Assembly (NCBI GenBank): GCA_045105515.1
Contig: JBGCDR010000045.1
Coordinates: 1 to 64,000 of the forward strand
Length of the DNA: 64,000 nt
DNA from: Oligoflexales bacterium
Lineage (GTDB): Bacteria > Bdellovibrionota_B > Oligoflexia > Oligoflexales > Bog-1112
Direction: 5' to 3'
Below, piece after piece: positions 1-9,965 of this stretch. Every line of letters starts with the position of its first letter. Position 1 is the first letter of the stretch. A model generated the notes under the pieces. The model did no database searches, was not told the origin of the DNA, and was given only the letters and a program-made list of their open reading frames with translations. Made by a program: the position numbers and the translations under genes.

Positions 1-217
1 TGCGCGCATGGGCACCCCCAAGATCTTTTGATTTTCCGACAATTATAGCCTTTTTAGAGAAACTGGGGAAATTCGCTAAAGATTATAGTGCTCTAAGCCT
101 TACATACAAAGGCGGCGGTGTGTTTCCAATCAGGCACTACATAAGAATGCTAAAATTAAGAGTTTCTGTAACTATTATTTTATTTTCATGGACTTGGTTT
201 TAAAAAATAATAATTTC

Positions 218-244
218 TAAAGAAAAATTGTTCTAATCCGAAGT
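218..244 (+). promoter_or_regulatory. putative sigma28 (FliA)-type promoter
   Basis: TAAA-N15-TCCGAAGT, 27 nt upstream of the ATG at 272; consensus TAAA-N15-GCCGATAA. Confidence 0.45.
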
Positions 245-271
245 GTCTGCAGATTGTTTGGGATTTGAACG

Positions 272-1750
272 ATGGAACAGCAGCCCTCTAATATTCTAGA
301 TTTCGTAGCCTCAAAGGTTCAGCACTCTGTTCCTTTGGAAGTGCCACTTTGCGTTGATCTTGATGGAACTCTCGTAAATACGGATACATTATGGGAGTCA
401 TTTCTCTTACTTTGTAAAAAAAATCTAGTTACAGCATTTCTCAGCCTCTTTTATATTGTTAAGGGGAAACAGTTTTTTAAGGCGAACATTGCAAATAAGA
501 TACATCTAGATCCAAATATTTTGCCATATAACCATAGATTTATAGAGTATTTAAAAGCAGAACAGATGCAAGGACGTAGGCTGATCTTGATTACTGGGAG
601 CCATCAAAGTATTGCACAATCTGTAGCTGCACACTTAGGAATTTTCGATGAAGTCCATGGCTCTAACCTACATTCTAATCTAATAGGAGCTAACAAAGAG
701 GAATACCTTGTCAGTTTGATAGGGGAAAAGAAGTTTCTTTATGCTGGTAATAGTAACGACGATTTGAAAGTCTGGAGGTCAAGTTATGGGGGGATCGCAG
801 TAAACACTTCTACAAGATTATTAAACACAGCAAAAGCAAGCTGTACGATCTTTCAGGTTTTTCCCTCCAGTAAAAATCCAATCCTATCATTGATTAAGGC
901 AATGAGAGTATATCAATGGGTAAAGAACCTCTTAATTTTTCTTCCATTGCTCGCAGCGCATAAAGTGGATAATTTTGATTTATTCTTCAGACTAGTGTGG
1001 GCTTTTCTTGCGTTCAGTTTTTGTGCTTCGAGTGTTTACCTGCTTAATGATCTCTTAGATTTGCCTTCGGACCGTAAGCATCCGCTTAAAAGACGCAGGC
1101 CATTTGCTGCTGGACACTTATCTGTAAAGTTTGGCATTTTTTTTAGCCCTCTCTTACTTGGTCTTGGTTTGAGCATCGCATTCAATATATCTGGAGCATT
1201 TGGTGTGATGATCTTGGGTTACTATGCTCTTACCTGTGCCTATTCCTTTAAACTCAAAGAACTACTTTTAATAGATGTATTGGTATTAACCATTCTTTAT
1301 AATTGGCGAGTCTTGAGTGGAGCAATTGCAACAGGTATCAGTCTTTCACCTTGGCTTTTGGGTTTTGTGAGTTTTTTGTTCTACAGCCTTGCACTTGCTA
1401 AACGTAGTTCGGAGCTGCAGCTGATGCTCAAAATTAATAAGAAGAAACCTGGTGGAAGGAGTTACATTATAGACGACCTAAATCTCATCAATATGTTGGG
1501 AAGTGCTAGCGGTCTTCTTGCAGTTTTAATTCTTGCTCTGTACATAAATAGCTCGAAGATTCAGTTGCTTTATGCCAAGCCGTACCTGTTGTGGCCAGTT
1601 TGTTTTGCAATGCTGTACTGGATCTCTAGGGTTTGGTTACTTACTGGAAGAGGGAAAATGCACCAAGACCCAATTGTTTTTGCCCTCAAAGACCCAAGTA
1701 GTTATGTTGTTGGTTTATTTACTTTAGTCATGGCAATTCTCGCAGTTTGA
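272..1750 (+). CDS. HAD-like domain fused to UbiA-family prenyltransferase (decaprenyl-phosphate phosphoribosyltransferase-like)
   Basis: N-terminal DLDGTL HAD motif; RVYQWVKN and YLLNDLLDLPSDRKHPLKRRRP UbiA motifs; multiple TM helices. Confidence 0.85.
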   Translation: MEQQPSNILDFVASKVQHSVPLEVPLCVDLDGTLVNTDTLWESFLLLCKKNLVTAFLSLFYIVKGKQFFKANIANKIHLDPNILPYNHRFIEYLKAEQMQGRRLILITGSHQSIAQSVAAHLGIFDEVHGSNLHSNLIGANKEEYLVSLIGEKKFLYAGNSNDDLKVWRSSYGGIAVNTSTRLLNTAKASCTIFQVFPSSKNPILSLIKAMRVYQWVKNLLIFLPLLAAHKVDNFDLFFRLVWAFLAFSFCASSVYLLNDLLDLPSDRKHPLKRRRPFAAGHLSVKFGIFFSPLLLGLGLSIAFNISGAFGVMILGYYALTCAYSFKLKELLLIDVLVLTILYNWRVLSGAIATGISLSPWLLGFVSFLFYSLALAKRSSELQLMLKINKKKPGGRSYIIDDLNLINMLGSASGLLAVLILALYINSSKIQLLYAKPYLLWPVCFAMLYWISRVWLLTGRGKMHQDPIVFALKDPSSYVVGLFTLVMAILAV

Positions 1751-1919
1751 AACAAAGCTAAAGCTGTTAAGTCTTTTTAATAAAAATATCAATTCTTTTA
1801 TTAATAGCAAGTAATTACCACTAGACGCAAGATGGATTCTAAGCTAGCTTGCATTCTGAAGTTCTTGGCTAAATAGCCAGGGTAAGTATTATTGGACTAT
1901 TTTTTTAGGGGGTTATGAG

Positions 1920-3293
1920 ATGGTTGGCAACATTAAGCAACTGCTCCGTCCTGCGCCCTATTTGGAAGTTACCAAAAATCCAGAAGAGATTGATCAAGAT
2001 TATAAATATTGGCGTATAAGAATCTTTTACTCCATTTATATGGGATACGTGTTTTATTATTTTACTCGTAAAAGCTTTACTTTTGCGATGCCAATGCTGA
2101 TCGACGATCTTGGTTTTAGCAATGCTGACTTAGGTTTTTTAGGTAGTGCTCTTTATATTTCTTATGGGCTTAGTAAATTCGCTAGTGGTATTCTTTCCGA
2201 TCGCTCAAATCCACGTTATTTTATGTCCCTTGGACTGATATTTACTGGGGTCGCTAATATTTTCTTTGGTATGTCCTCTAGTTTATATATGTTTGCTTTT
2301 TTTTGGACAATTAATGGGCTTTTCCAAGGCTGGGGATGGCCTCCTTGTACTAAACAGCTAACTTATTGGTTCAGCAAGTCGGAGCGCGGATTTTGGTGGA
2401 GCTTTAAAAGTACGTCTCACAATGTTGGTGGGGCCTTGATACCCCTCTTAGTAGCCTTTATTTCTTCCTGGGCTGGTTGGCGATGGTCAATGTATGTTCC
2501 CGGAGTTATGAGCATCGTCATGGGACTAGTCCTACTGGAAAGGTTGCGAGATGTGCCGCAAAGCCTTGGTCTGCCGCCGGTGGAAGAATACCGCGGAGAG
2601 GCAGACTCAGAAGAAGCAGAGGGCGAGCATTCTTTGTCAGTCAAACAGATTCTTGTAAATGAAGTGCTTTCTAATAAATCTGTATGGGTTTTGGCTTTAT
2701 CTTACTTCTTTGTTTATGTGGTTCGTACTGCTGTCAATGATTGGGGAACCTTGTATTTGCATAAGGTGAAAGGCTTTAGTTTGATTGAAGCCGCAGGAAG
2801 CATTTCTTGGTTTGAGCTAGGAGGTTTTTTTGGCTGCCTTGCTGCAGGGTGGTGCTCTGACCGCTGGTTTGATGGTAGAAGAGTTCCATTTATGGTTTTG
2901 TGTGCTGTTGGTTTGCTGGTTTGTATCAACCTATTTTGGAGCTTACCCGGGCATAACTTGTGGTTGGAAAATGTGCTGATGGGCAGCATTGGATTTCTGA
3001 TTTTTGGTCCTCAAATGCTTGTGGGCTTGGCAGCAGCTGAGTTTGTAGATAAGAAAGCAGCCTGCACTGCAAATGGCTTTGCTGGGTGTTTTGCCTATGT
3101 AGGGGCAGCTTCTACTGGTTACCCGCTTGGTAAAATCATTGATCTTTGGGGGTGGAAAGGCTATTTCACCACCTTAAGTGTTTGCTCAGCATTGTTTTTA
3201 CTAATTCTCTTCCCTTTATGGTTCTCAGGCAAGCCCAGAAGAAGGCAGCCCAGCCTTGATACATCAGTTAGTCCTCAAGTCATAAAGGCTTAG
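1920..3293 (+). CDS. uhpC: MFS organophosphate:Pi antiporter family, UhpC/GlpT-like (hexose phosphate transporter/sensor)
   Basis: YKYWRIRIF...YYFTRKSF, SDRSNPRYF, QGWGWPPC, SHNVGG, GPQMLVGLAAAE; about 12 TM. Confidence 0.8.
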   Translation: MVGNIKQLLRPAPYLEVTKNPEEIDQDYKYWRIRIFYSIYMGYVFYYFTRKSFTFAMPMLIDDLGFSNADLGFLGSALYISYGLSKFASGILSDRSNPRYFMSLGLIFTGVANIFFGMSSSLYMFAFFWTINGLFQGWGWPPCTKQLTYWFSKSERGFWWSFKSTSHNVGGALIPLLVAFISSWAGWRWSMYVPGVMSIVMGLVLLERLRDVPQSLGLPPVEEYRGEADSEEAEGEHSLSVKQILVNEVLSNKSVWVLALSYFFVYVVRTAVNDWGTLYLHKVKGFSLIEAAGSISWFELGGFFGCLAAGWCSDRWFDGRRVPFMVLCAVGLLVCINLFWSLPGHNLWLENVLMGSIGFLIFGPQMLVGLAAAEFVDKKAACTANGFAGCFAYVGAASTGYPLGKIIDLWGWKGYFTTLSVCSALFLLILFPLWFSGKPRRRQPSLDTSVSPQVIKA

Positions 3294-3393
3294 ATGCAAT
3301 CTGAAGCTTTGTTACAATTCAAAATGTGCAATTGACGACCGTGCGCTCTGGACTCAGCTGATGTCCCTTCGCCTATGCCTGAAGGATTCTTTT

Positions 3394-4689
3394 ATGTTTA
3401 AAAAAATTATACTCTGCTTCTTCCTGCTATTGCTTGGAGGTAGTAGTTTTGCGAAACGTTCAATAACCAGCCAAACCAATCCGAAAAATATTGATTTTTA
3501 TCTATTGACCGCAGGACTAGGCGATGGAATTGCTGCTCGCTATGGCCATACGATTTTAAAGATGGTAGATCGAGAAAGTTTTAGGGAGAGCAACATTAAT
3601 TGGGGAATGTTTAATTTTTCTGATCCATACCTGCCTCTAAACTTTTTCCTCGGACAACTTCGTTACTGGGTGTCTGATGAACCAGGCCAACATCTTTATG
3701 AACGCTATAAATATTTTGAAAAAAGATCGGTGATTTCCGATAAAATTAACCTAAGTGAAAGTCAAAAAGTAGAGCTTTTTGATCTCATCATGAAAAATTT
3801 GGAGCCCGAGAACCGATTTTTTTGGTACCAGTATTTTTACAAAAATTGTTCGACTATCCCCCGTGATTATCTGGATCAAGTTCTAAAAGGGGCAGTTAAG
3901 AAGACATTTGAAAATGATATTTCCTCAACTAATTTTCGTAATTATGTGCGGATAAACCTAAATCGACCACCGATCATTGCATTTTTCTTAGATATCGTGA
4001 TGAATGCGCGATTAGACGCTCCTTTGCCTAAGTGGGTTGAAATGTTTTACCCGCAAAAACTGCGTGAGTATTTGTTAACTCTCCCAGCCTATGATGATGC
4101 CGGAAAGTCTATTGCTAATTCTAAGCTTTTGACCGATACCAAGGTGATTGTGGACCTTCCTGATGTTCCCGAAGACCCTTGGACCATGCACCCTTGGTTT
4201 TTAGGCTTCAATTTGTTGGGCATGATTCTTGGTTTTGGTTTATTGCAGATAAAGAGTCAATCAAAGAATAAGCCAAGGCTTCATTTGCTCGGGAGAGGCA
4301 TTATTGGTCTATTTCTAGGTTTTTGGTCTCTGTTTGCCGGAATTTTAGGCTTTACCATGTTAAGTAGTTGGATGTTCTCTATGCACCTCGACTTGTACCA
4401 CAATGCAAATCTATTTTTGCTATGGCCCACAGATTTATTATTTCTGATTCCAGGTGGGTCGTTTTTATTTGTAAAAAAGCTAGGGCCACCCTCTCGTTTG
4501 ATGCGAGTTATTTACTATTTAGCCATAGCTCATCTTTTCGTTATCCCTTTTTGGGTACTAGCTTGCTTGTTAGGATTTATCTTGCAAAACTGTAATTTGG
4601 TTATTCTCTACCTTGCTCCGGTTGCAATAATGAATTTTCTTTTAGTGATCTATCAATTTCGCCAAAGAATCAAGAATTTGCAGGAATAA
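3394..4689 (+). CDS. DUF4105 / Lnb-like lipoprotein N-acyltransferase domain membrane protein
   Basis: signal peptide; YGHT, NWGMF and YFYKNCST motifs; about 4 C-terminal TM; start moved to ATG 3394 behind GAAGGA. Confidence 0.7.
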   Translation: MFKKIILCFFLLLLGGSSFAKRSITSQTNPKNIDFYLLTAGLGDGIAARYGHTILKMVDRESFRESNINWGMFNFSDPYLPLNFFLGQLRYWVSDEPGQHLYERYKYFEKRSVISDKINLSESQKVELFDLIMKNLEPENRFFWYQYFYKNCSTIPRDYLDQVLKGAVKKTFENDISSTNFRNYVRINLNRPPIIAFFLDIVMNARLDAPLPKWVEMFYPQKLREYLLTLPAYDDAGKSIANSKLLTDTKVIVDLPDVPEDPWTMHPWFLGFNLLGMILGFGLLQIKSQSKNKPRLHLLGRGIIGLFLGFWSLFAGILGFTMLSSWMFSMHLDLYHNANLFLLWPTDLLFLIPGGSFLFVKKLGPPSRLMRVIYYLAIAHLFVIPFWVLACLLGFILQNCNLVILYLAPVAIMNFLLVIYQFRQRIKNLQE

Positions 4690-4695
4690 TAACGA

Positions 4696-5181
4696 ATGTA
4701 TGATTATAAAAGGCTTAGAAAGCCGCTGACCAAGGAGGGCCATGCCTTACTTGCAGAAGAGCACTATCAGCTTTCAAGAGTTGAAAGACCAAAGGTTGTT
4801 GATGGAATCGCAACAGCTGCTGCAGAGGGAGATCGGTCTGAAAATGCTGAGTACATTTATGGAAAAAAGAGGCTGAGGGAGCTTGATAAACGCCTTCGAT
4901 ACCTTAACTACCTACTAAAAGAAGCTCAGATTATTGATCCAACAAGCCTTTCAGGAGATCGAGTATGTTTTGGTTCGACTGTTTCTGTACTTGATGAAGA
5001 GGGAAACAGAAAAGTCTGGATGATTGTCGGAGAGGGTGAAGCTGACTATAAAGTAGGTAAAATTTCGTGGAAGTCTCCAGTGGCCAAAGCGCTCTATGGG
5101 AAAAAGGTAGGTGATTTGGTCTTGACTCAGCGACCGAAGGGCGAAATTGAGCTAGAAATTTTAGAGCTTAAATTTGTTTAG
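4696..5181 (+). CDS. greB: transcription elongation factor GreB
   Basis: AAAEGDRSENAEYIYGKKRLRELDKRLRYL; ISWKSPVAKAL. Confidence 0.9.
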   Translation: MYDYKRLRKPLTKEGHALLAEEHYQLSRVERPKVVDGIATAAAEGDRSENAEYIYGKKRLRELDKRLRYLNYLLKEAQIIDPTSLSGDRVCFGSTVSVLDEEGNRKVWMIVGEGEADYKVGKISWKSPVAKALYGKKVGDLVLTQRPKGEIELEILELKFV

Positions 5182-5296
5182 TCTGGAGTAAGAAGCTCAT
5201 CTACCGCTGAGTAAACCTTGCTGCCAAATTCTAACTGACCTATGATCAAATAACGGTAATTCTTTAAGACAGCTAGCCAAGATTTAGAGGATCAAC

Positions 5297-5788
5297 ATGA
5301 AAGGTTTAGAAGAAAGCATCGAAGACTTGCAAAAATTGCAGGCAGAGGGGGTTGAGTTATTAACAGACTTAGGAGTAACTGAAGACGAAGATAAAAACTT
5401 ACCTTGTGTTCTTATTCTCGAAGATGATAAGGTCTCGTCCTTTATGCTCGCTAAACTGGTAAAAAAAATGGGATGCCGAGTTCGCATTTACGAGAATCCG
5501 CTCAAGGCGCTTGTAGATGCTAAAGATTTCAAAGTTGCATTGCTTTTTTTAGATATGAAGCTCCCTGAAATGAATGGCCTCGATTTTCTAGTAAAACTTC
5601 GGGAAGTTCAAAAAAGTTCAGAATTTGCGGTTGTTGTGGTTACTGGCTATACACAGAAAAGTGTTGTTGACAATATCATCAAGCATAATGTAAAAGGCAT
5701 CTTAGCCAAGCCTCTAAATCTAGAACGAGCGATTAAATTTGTTCAAAACTTTGGTGCTGAAGCAAAGATTAAAGAAGCTACTGCTTAG
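5297..5788 (+). CDS. single-domain response regulator (CheY-like) with acidic N-terminal extension
   Basis: ILEDD, LFLDMKLPEMNGLDF, VVTG, LAKP. Confidence 0.85.
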   Translation: MKGLEESIEDLQKLQAEGVELLTDLGVTEDEDKNLPCVLILEDDKVSSFMLAKLVKKMGCRVRIYENPLKALVDAKDFKVALLFLDMKLPEMNGLDFLVKLREVQKSSEFAVVVVTGYTQKSVVDNIIKHNVKGILAKPLNLERAIKFVQNFGAEAKIKEATA

Positions 5789-7968
5789 GAAGCCTGACTT
5801 TTAATTGCCTTCTCAAGGCCACCAGTTTCAGAACGTTCAATATTTTTTCTCTTAACGAAACGCGGTAATTTTGCGCTTAGTTTCTTGATTTCTTCAGACA
5901 AAGGCGTGTTTAAGGAAAACAGTCTAAAGCAGCAATGCTCACCAGGTTTTATGCTGACTGTTCCAAGAATATCAGTCCGATCCAAAACTGAAATTCCTTC
6001 ACTATTTGATTCCTCACCTTCCGCATCTTTCTTTTTGGCCCCAGCATCATCTTTGTAGCCTGCAATCTTAAGAGGGGAGCCATTTTTTAGTGCTAATTTA
6101 ACTTTTCCTAAAACTCGATTGGCTTTATCAGTGATTTTTTTGCTTTTTAGATTTACTGTTTCTTCTAAGTGCTTAACAGCTTCTTCAAGCTTATCAAGAC
6201 GCAGATTTGCAAATGCCAAGTTAAACATAACAGCAGCTTTGGTTTCTATTTTTTTGTCAGGAATAGATGCAATAGTATCCTCGTAGATTTTTATGCTTTT
6301 TTCGGCTTCATTGTTTTTAGCATATGATACAGCTTGATTGTTCATAAAAGCAATCACCGTATCTAGGGATTCTAACTCTTCCATTAGCTTTTTTGCTTGT
6401 TCGGTATTTCCTTCCATCACCCTAATTGATGCTTCGCTTTCTTTGACTGTTTCATTATTTGCATCGAGTTCCTTGGCTTGCTTAAGGGATTCTTCTTTTT
6501 TCTCATTATCTTCTGTTTGAGTGCTTACAATGGCAATATTACAAAGCCGCTCAATATTCTTTGGTGAGAGTGATTGAGCTTTTTCAAAGCACCGAAGAGA
6601 CGCTTCATGGTCATTTAATTTGAGGAAACACTTTCCTAATAGATTAACAAGATACACAGTGTCAGTTTCACCCTTAATTGCCTGAATAGTGAGGTCTCTA
6701 GCCTTTTGGTAATTTTGCTCAACATAGGCAAACTCTGCTTCGATCATCTGTTTTCTGGCATCTGAAATGGAATCTAATTGCCGGTAATCTTGGAAAAGGG
6801 TATTGGCTTTTTTATACTCTTTGCGTTTGAGAAAGCCCCTGATTTTAGTTTCCATTACTGCCGCTTCAGTTGGATGATAGTATTGTCTAAGACCATAAAG
6901 GGTGGTTTCTATAAGCTCACCTCGCTCATAATTTTCCTTGAGCACTGCAGTGATACCCATTTCCTTCATCAACTCTTTGTCATCTTTTGCAAATCCGTCT
7001 CCCAATACGATAATGGGGGGAGAACCTGATTCAAACTTAAGTCTTTGTAACAACATAGGTGCTGGTAGCCCTGGAACGGCCCATTGGATAAACAATAAAT
7101 TTGGAGTATTTGATTTCATGGCTTCAAGAGCCTTTTCCCCATCAGTAAAATGCTCAATCTTCTTCACTCCAAGCGGTCCAAGAATTGAATCTAATTTTTT
7201 AAAATTTTCCTCCTTTTCTCCTACGTAGACGCAAGATTCTACGGACAGGGGGCTAATTTCTAATTTCGCAAGCTCTTCACTACTACTTAGTGATTCTGGA
7301 TCGATTTGTAGTTCAGTTAGCATATCATTTATGTCATCAGGATATTTTTGATCAATAAGAAAAGCTTGTAACAACGATTTTTTAGCATTATCTTTATCGC
7401 CTTTTTTAAAATAGGACTTTCCAAGGGAGAGATAACTCTCATAATCTCCTGGATAAAGGTCTAATATGCTATTGTTTAATTCAATGAGAGGTTCCCAATG
7501 AGACTTCTCGTTGAAAAATTTACGAATATAACTAGCACTTACCCTGGTGGTATCTCCACTTTCTTCAGAGTAAAGAGTCTTTAAATTTATGACTTCCCCT
7601 ACCAGAGAATCTTTATTGAAGGGCGACGTAAAATGGCAAAATAAGCCTTTTTCATAGGAAAAAGAAAGTATTTCATGATGCTTATCTTCAACCAGAAAAC
7701 TTACTTTGATATGTTTTAAGCTTGGATTGTCAATAATGAGTAGTAAAAGTGATAATGAATTTGGATCTTCCGCGGTAAGAACGGGTGCAATAATCCAGTT
7801 GATCTGTTCGACCTCCATTTGGGAGATAGCATCTTTTATGCTCCCTACGCCATGAATTTTACCAATTTCTTGACTTTTTAAGACAGAAACAAGCATAGAG
7901 CGTTTTGGAGCACTTGGTTCAATTATGAGAACTACTGATTCTTCAGAAAATAACATAAGATCCTTCAA
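5785..7968 (-). CDS. pseudo-receiver / TPR protein, paralog 1 of 3
   Basis: REC-like N-terminus, central REC-like domain (LLFIQWAVPG), TPRs (LGKCFLKL...LSPKNIERLC), PGEHCCFRLF tail. Confidence 0.75.
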   Translation of the reverse strand: MKDLMLFSEESVVLIIEPSAPKRSMLVSVLKSQEIGKIHGVGSIKDAISQMEVEQINWIIAPVLTAEDPNSLSLLLLIIDNPSLKHIKVSFLVEDKHHEILSFSYEKGLFCHFTSPFNKDSLVGEVINLKTLYSEESGDTTRVSASYIRKFFNEKSHWEPLIELNNSILDLYPGDYESYLSLGKSYFKKGDKDNAKKSLLQAFLIDQKYPDDINDMLTELQIDPESLSSSEELAKLEISPLSVESCVYVGEKEENFKKLDSILGPLGVKKIEHFTDGEKALEAMKSNTPNLLFIQWAVPGLPAPMLLQRLKFESGSPPIIVLGDGFAKDDKELMKEMGITAVLKENYERGELIETTLYGLRQYYHPTEAAVMETKIRGFLKRKEYKKANTLFQDYRQLDSISDARKQMIEAEFAYVEQNYQKARDLTIQAIKGETDTVYLVNLLGKCFLKLNDHEASLRCFEKAQSLSPKNIERLCNIAIVSTQTEDNEKKEESLKQAKELDANNETVKESEASIRVMEGNTEQAKKLMEELESLDTVIAFMNNQAVSYAKNNEAEKSIKIYEDTIASIPDKKIETKAAVMFNLAFANLRLDKLEEAVKHLEETVNLKSKKITDKANRVLGKVKLALKNGSPLKIAGYKDDAGAKKKDAEGEESNSEGISVLDRTDILGTVSIKPGEHCCFRLFSLNTPLSEEIKKLSAKLPRFVKRKNIERSETGGLEKAIKSQAS

Positions 7969-7976
7969 GCTAAAAA

Positions 7977-8726
7977 CTAGTCAAGAGCCGAACCTCTATC
8001 CCAAAAAGTCGAAAATGGACCTATAAAGGTAATAAGCCTCGGGTCCAGTTGATTCTGTTTTGTCCCTATAAGGTCCATTTGACCTTCCTTGATATCTATT
8101 CGCCACCCTGTTAGTGGTTTTTTCTTACTTGAGCCGCCCTTAGAGCTTATTGACTTTTTAAAATGTGCTATAAGATTGCCAAACCTTTTACCACTTTCGT
8201 CAGAATTTAAATATTCTACAAAAAGTTCGCTGCGTGTCCGCCCGCCCCCTTCTTGCTTTGCTCGGGCAACGAGGATTCCCTTGCGATTAAATAAGTGATA
8301 GCTTTCAAACTGAGAGTTTCCGGTATCCAAGCGATGAATCTTTCCCAAGTAAGTACCTTCGTAATCATAAACTCTTAATGTTCTGAGCCAGCGGATACTA
8401 GCCTCTGCGATGAGTCGTCCTTTTTTGTCTGACCACCATAAATGTCGATAACGGAAGAATCCAGCTCCAAGGTGCGAACCGTCAATGCTCTTACCCTTTG
8501 CACTTACTAAAAACTTGAGATTACGGTCATCAAAGCTCTTTCTCTGCTCACTGAGGCTTATTAAAGTGGGAAGTGTCGGTATATTTTGATTTTTTCCTTT
8601 GATCCCAATTGATTGCTTTTCCCTAATGGGCAATAGGTCTTCTACAGAAATCATTTCAAAGGCCATGGCTCTAGGAAACATCATTAGCCCCATGGTCAAA
8701 ACAATTTGCTTACTCAGACGACACAT
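7977..8726 (-). CDS. exported hypothetical protein, possibly LURP1/scramblase (tubby C-terminal-like) fold
   Basis: signal peptide ending AMA; repeated VYDYEGTYLGKI / LFNRKGILVARA strands; C-terminal LDPRLI helix. Confidence 0.45.
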   Translation of the reverse strand: MCRLSKQIVLTMGLMMFPRAMAFEMISVEDLLPIREKQSIGIKGKNQNIPTLPTLISLSEQRKSFDDRNLKFLVSAKGKSIDGSHLGAGFFRYRHLWWSDKKGRLIAEASIRWLRTLRVYDYEGTYLGKIHRLDTGNSQFESYHLFNRKGILVARAKQEGGGRTRSELFVEYLNSDESGKRFGNLIAHFKKSISSKGGSSKKKPLTGWRIDIKEGQMDLIGTKQNQLDPRLITFIGPFSTFWDRGSALD

Positions 8727-8756
8727 TCAACAAACCCCTAAACTTCGCTGATCTGT

Positions 8757-8784
8757 CTTTCGGGACGAATGAGCTTGTTCTTGA
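8757..8784 (-). promoter_or_regulatory. putative sigma28-type promoter
   Basis: minus strand TCAA-N16-CCCGAAAG, 30 nt upstream of ATG 8726. Confidence 0.4.
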
Positions 8785-8938
8785 AACTTATTCTTAAAAG
8801 TTTTCTATTCAGGCTCTTAACATGTTGGAAATATATAGATAATTTGGACCTGGGTGAGAGCGGGTTTTCAATGGACATCTTGTCAGTGCTCATGTTATAA
8901 GAGTCTTCTTTTTAATCAGCTTCTCGCTAAAGGATTTT

Positions 8939-9874
8939 ATGAGTACTCGCTGTGGTTATATTGCACTACTTGGGAGACCAAATGCAGGTAAAAGCACCCT
9001 TTTAAATGCATGCATTGGACAAAAAATAGTAGGGGTCTCGAGACGCCCTCAGACGACCAGAAATAAGGTCCTTGGCATAAGCTCGGAAGGACAAACGCAG
9101 TTTATTTTTCTCGATACTCCAGGTATTCATAAAGCTCAGGGACGAGCTAAGATTAATCATACTATGAATAAGCTCGCATGGTCATCGGCAGCGGATGCAG
9201 ATCTAATTTGTTATATGGTGGATGCAACGAGGGGTTGGACTGGTGAAGATACTCAGTATTTTTCCAACTTGCTTGAACATGCGAAGGTTCCAGTCTTGGT
9301 GGTAGCAAGCAAGGCTGATGCATTAAAAAAAGCTAGGATTAGTGAAGGTGTGGCCTCAATAAAAGCTGGAATGGCAAATTGTCGAGAAGCAGCATCTTTT
9401 GAGCAACTATTAAACGATGAACCTTATTTAATCTCGGCAAAACAAAAAGATCATGTCACCAGCTTTAAGGCGTTAATTTCTTCAGTTCTACCTGAGAGTC
9501 CTTGGCTTTATAGAGAAGATGAGCTTACAGATAAGCCTGAACGTTTTGTAGTTTCCGAACTTATTAGAGAACAGCTTTTTCGTAAACTAGGTGCTGAGCT
9601 ACCTTATGGTTGTGGTGTAACTGTAGAATCAATGCAGTCTCAAGAAAAAATGGTTCGCATAAAAGCTTGTATTATAGTTGCAAGAACAAGCCACAAACCT
9701 ATGGTTATAGGTAAAGCAGGAAAAACGATTAAGGAAATAGGTACAGAGTCTCGTTTGAGCTTAGAGTCACATTTTGACACAAAAGTGTTTCTAGAGTTGT
9801 TTGTCAAAGTAAAAGAAAACTGGATTGATCGTTCTGATCTCATTTGTGCTTTTCAGCAAATTGAAGAAGCTTGA
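8939..9874 (+). CDS. era: GTPase Era
   Basis: GRPNAGKST, PQTTR, DTPG, KH domain VIGKAGKTIK; G4 reads SKAD rather than NKxD. Confidence 0.95.
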   Translation: MSTRCGYIALLGRPNAGKSTLLNACIGQKIVGVSRRPQTTRNKVLGISSEGQTQFIFLDTPGIHKAQGRAKINHTMNKLAWSSAADADLICYMVDATRGWTGEDTQYFSNLLEHAKVPVLVVASKADALKKARISEGVASIKAGMANCREAASFEQLLNDEPYLISAKQKDHVTSFKALISSVLPESPWLYREDELTDKPERFVVSELIREQLFRKLGAELPYGCGVTVESMQSQEKMVRIKACIIVARTSHKPMVIGKAGKTIKEIGTESRLSLESHFDTKVFLELFVKVKENWIDRSDLICAFQQIEEA

Positions 9875-9965
9875 AACCCAATATCCCATATATTTAAAGT
9901 ATAAAAAACCTGATAAGATCTCCTCTTAAGAGCATGTTCGTTTGCTGATGAGGAGGCTTAGAAAT

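Noticed and set aside
1..203. Possible 3' end of a CDS at the left edge (CAHGHP resembles MutL CPHGRP)
   Set aside because: That frame stops after 9 codons and the longer open frame has no recognisable motif; cannot be supported
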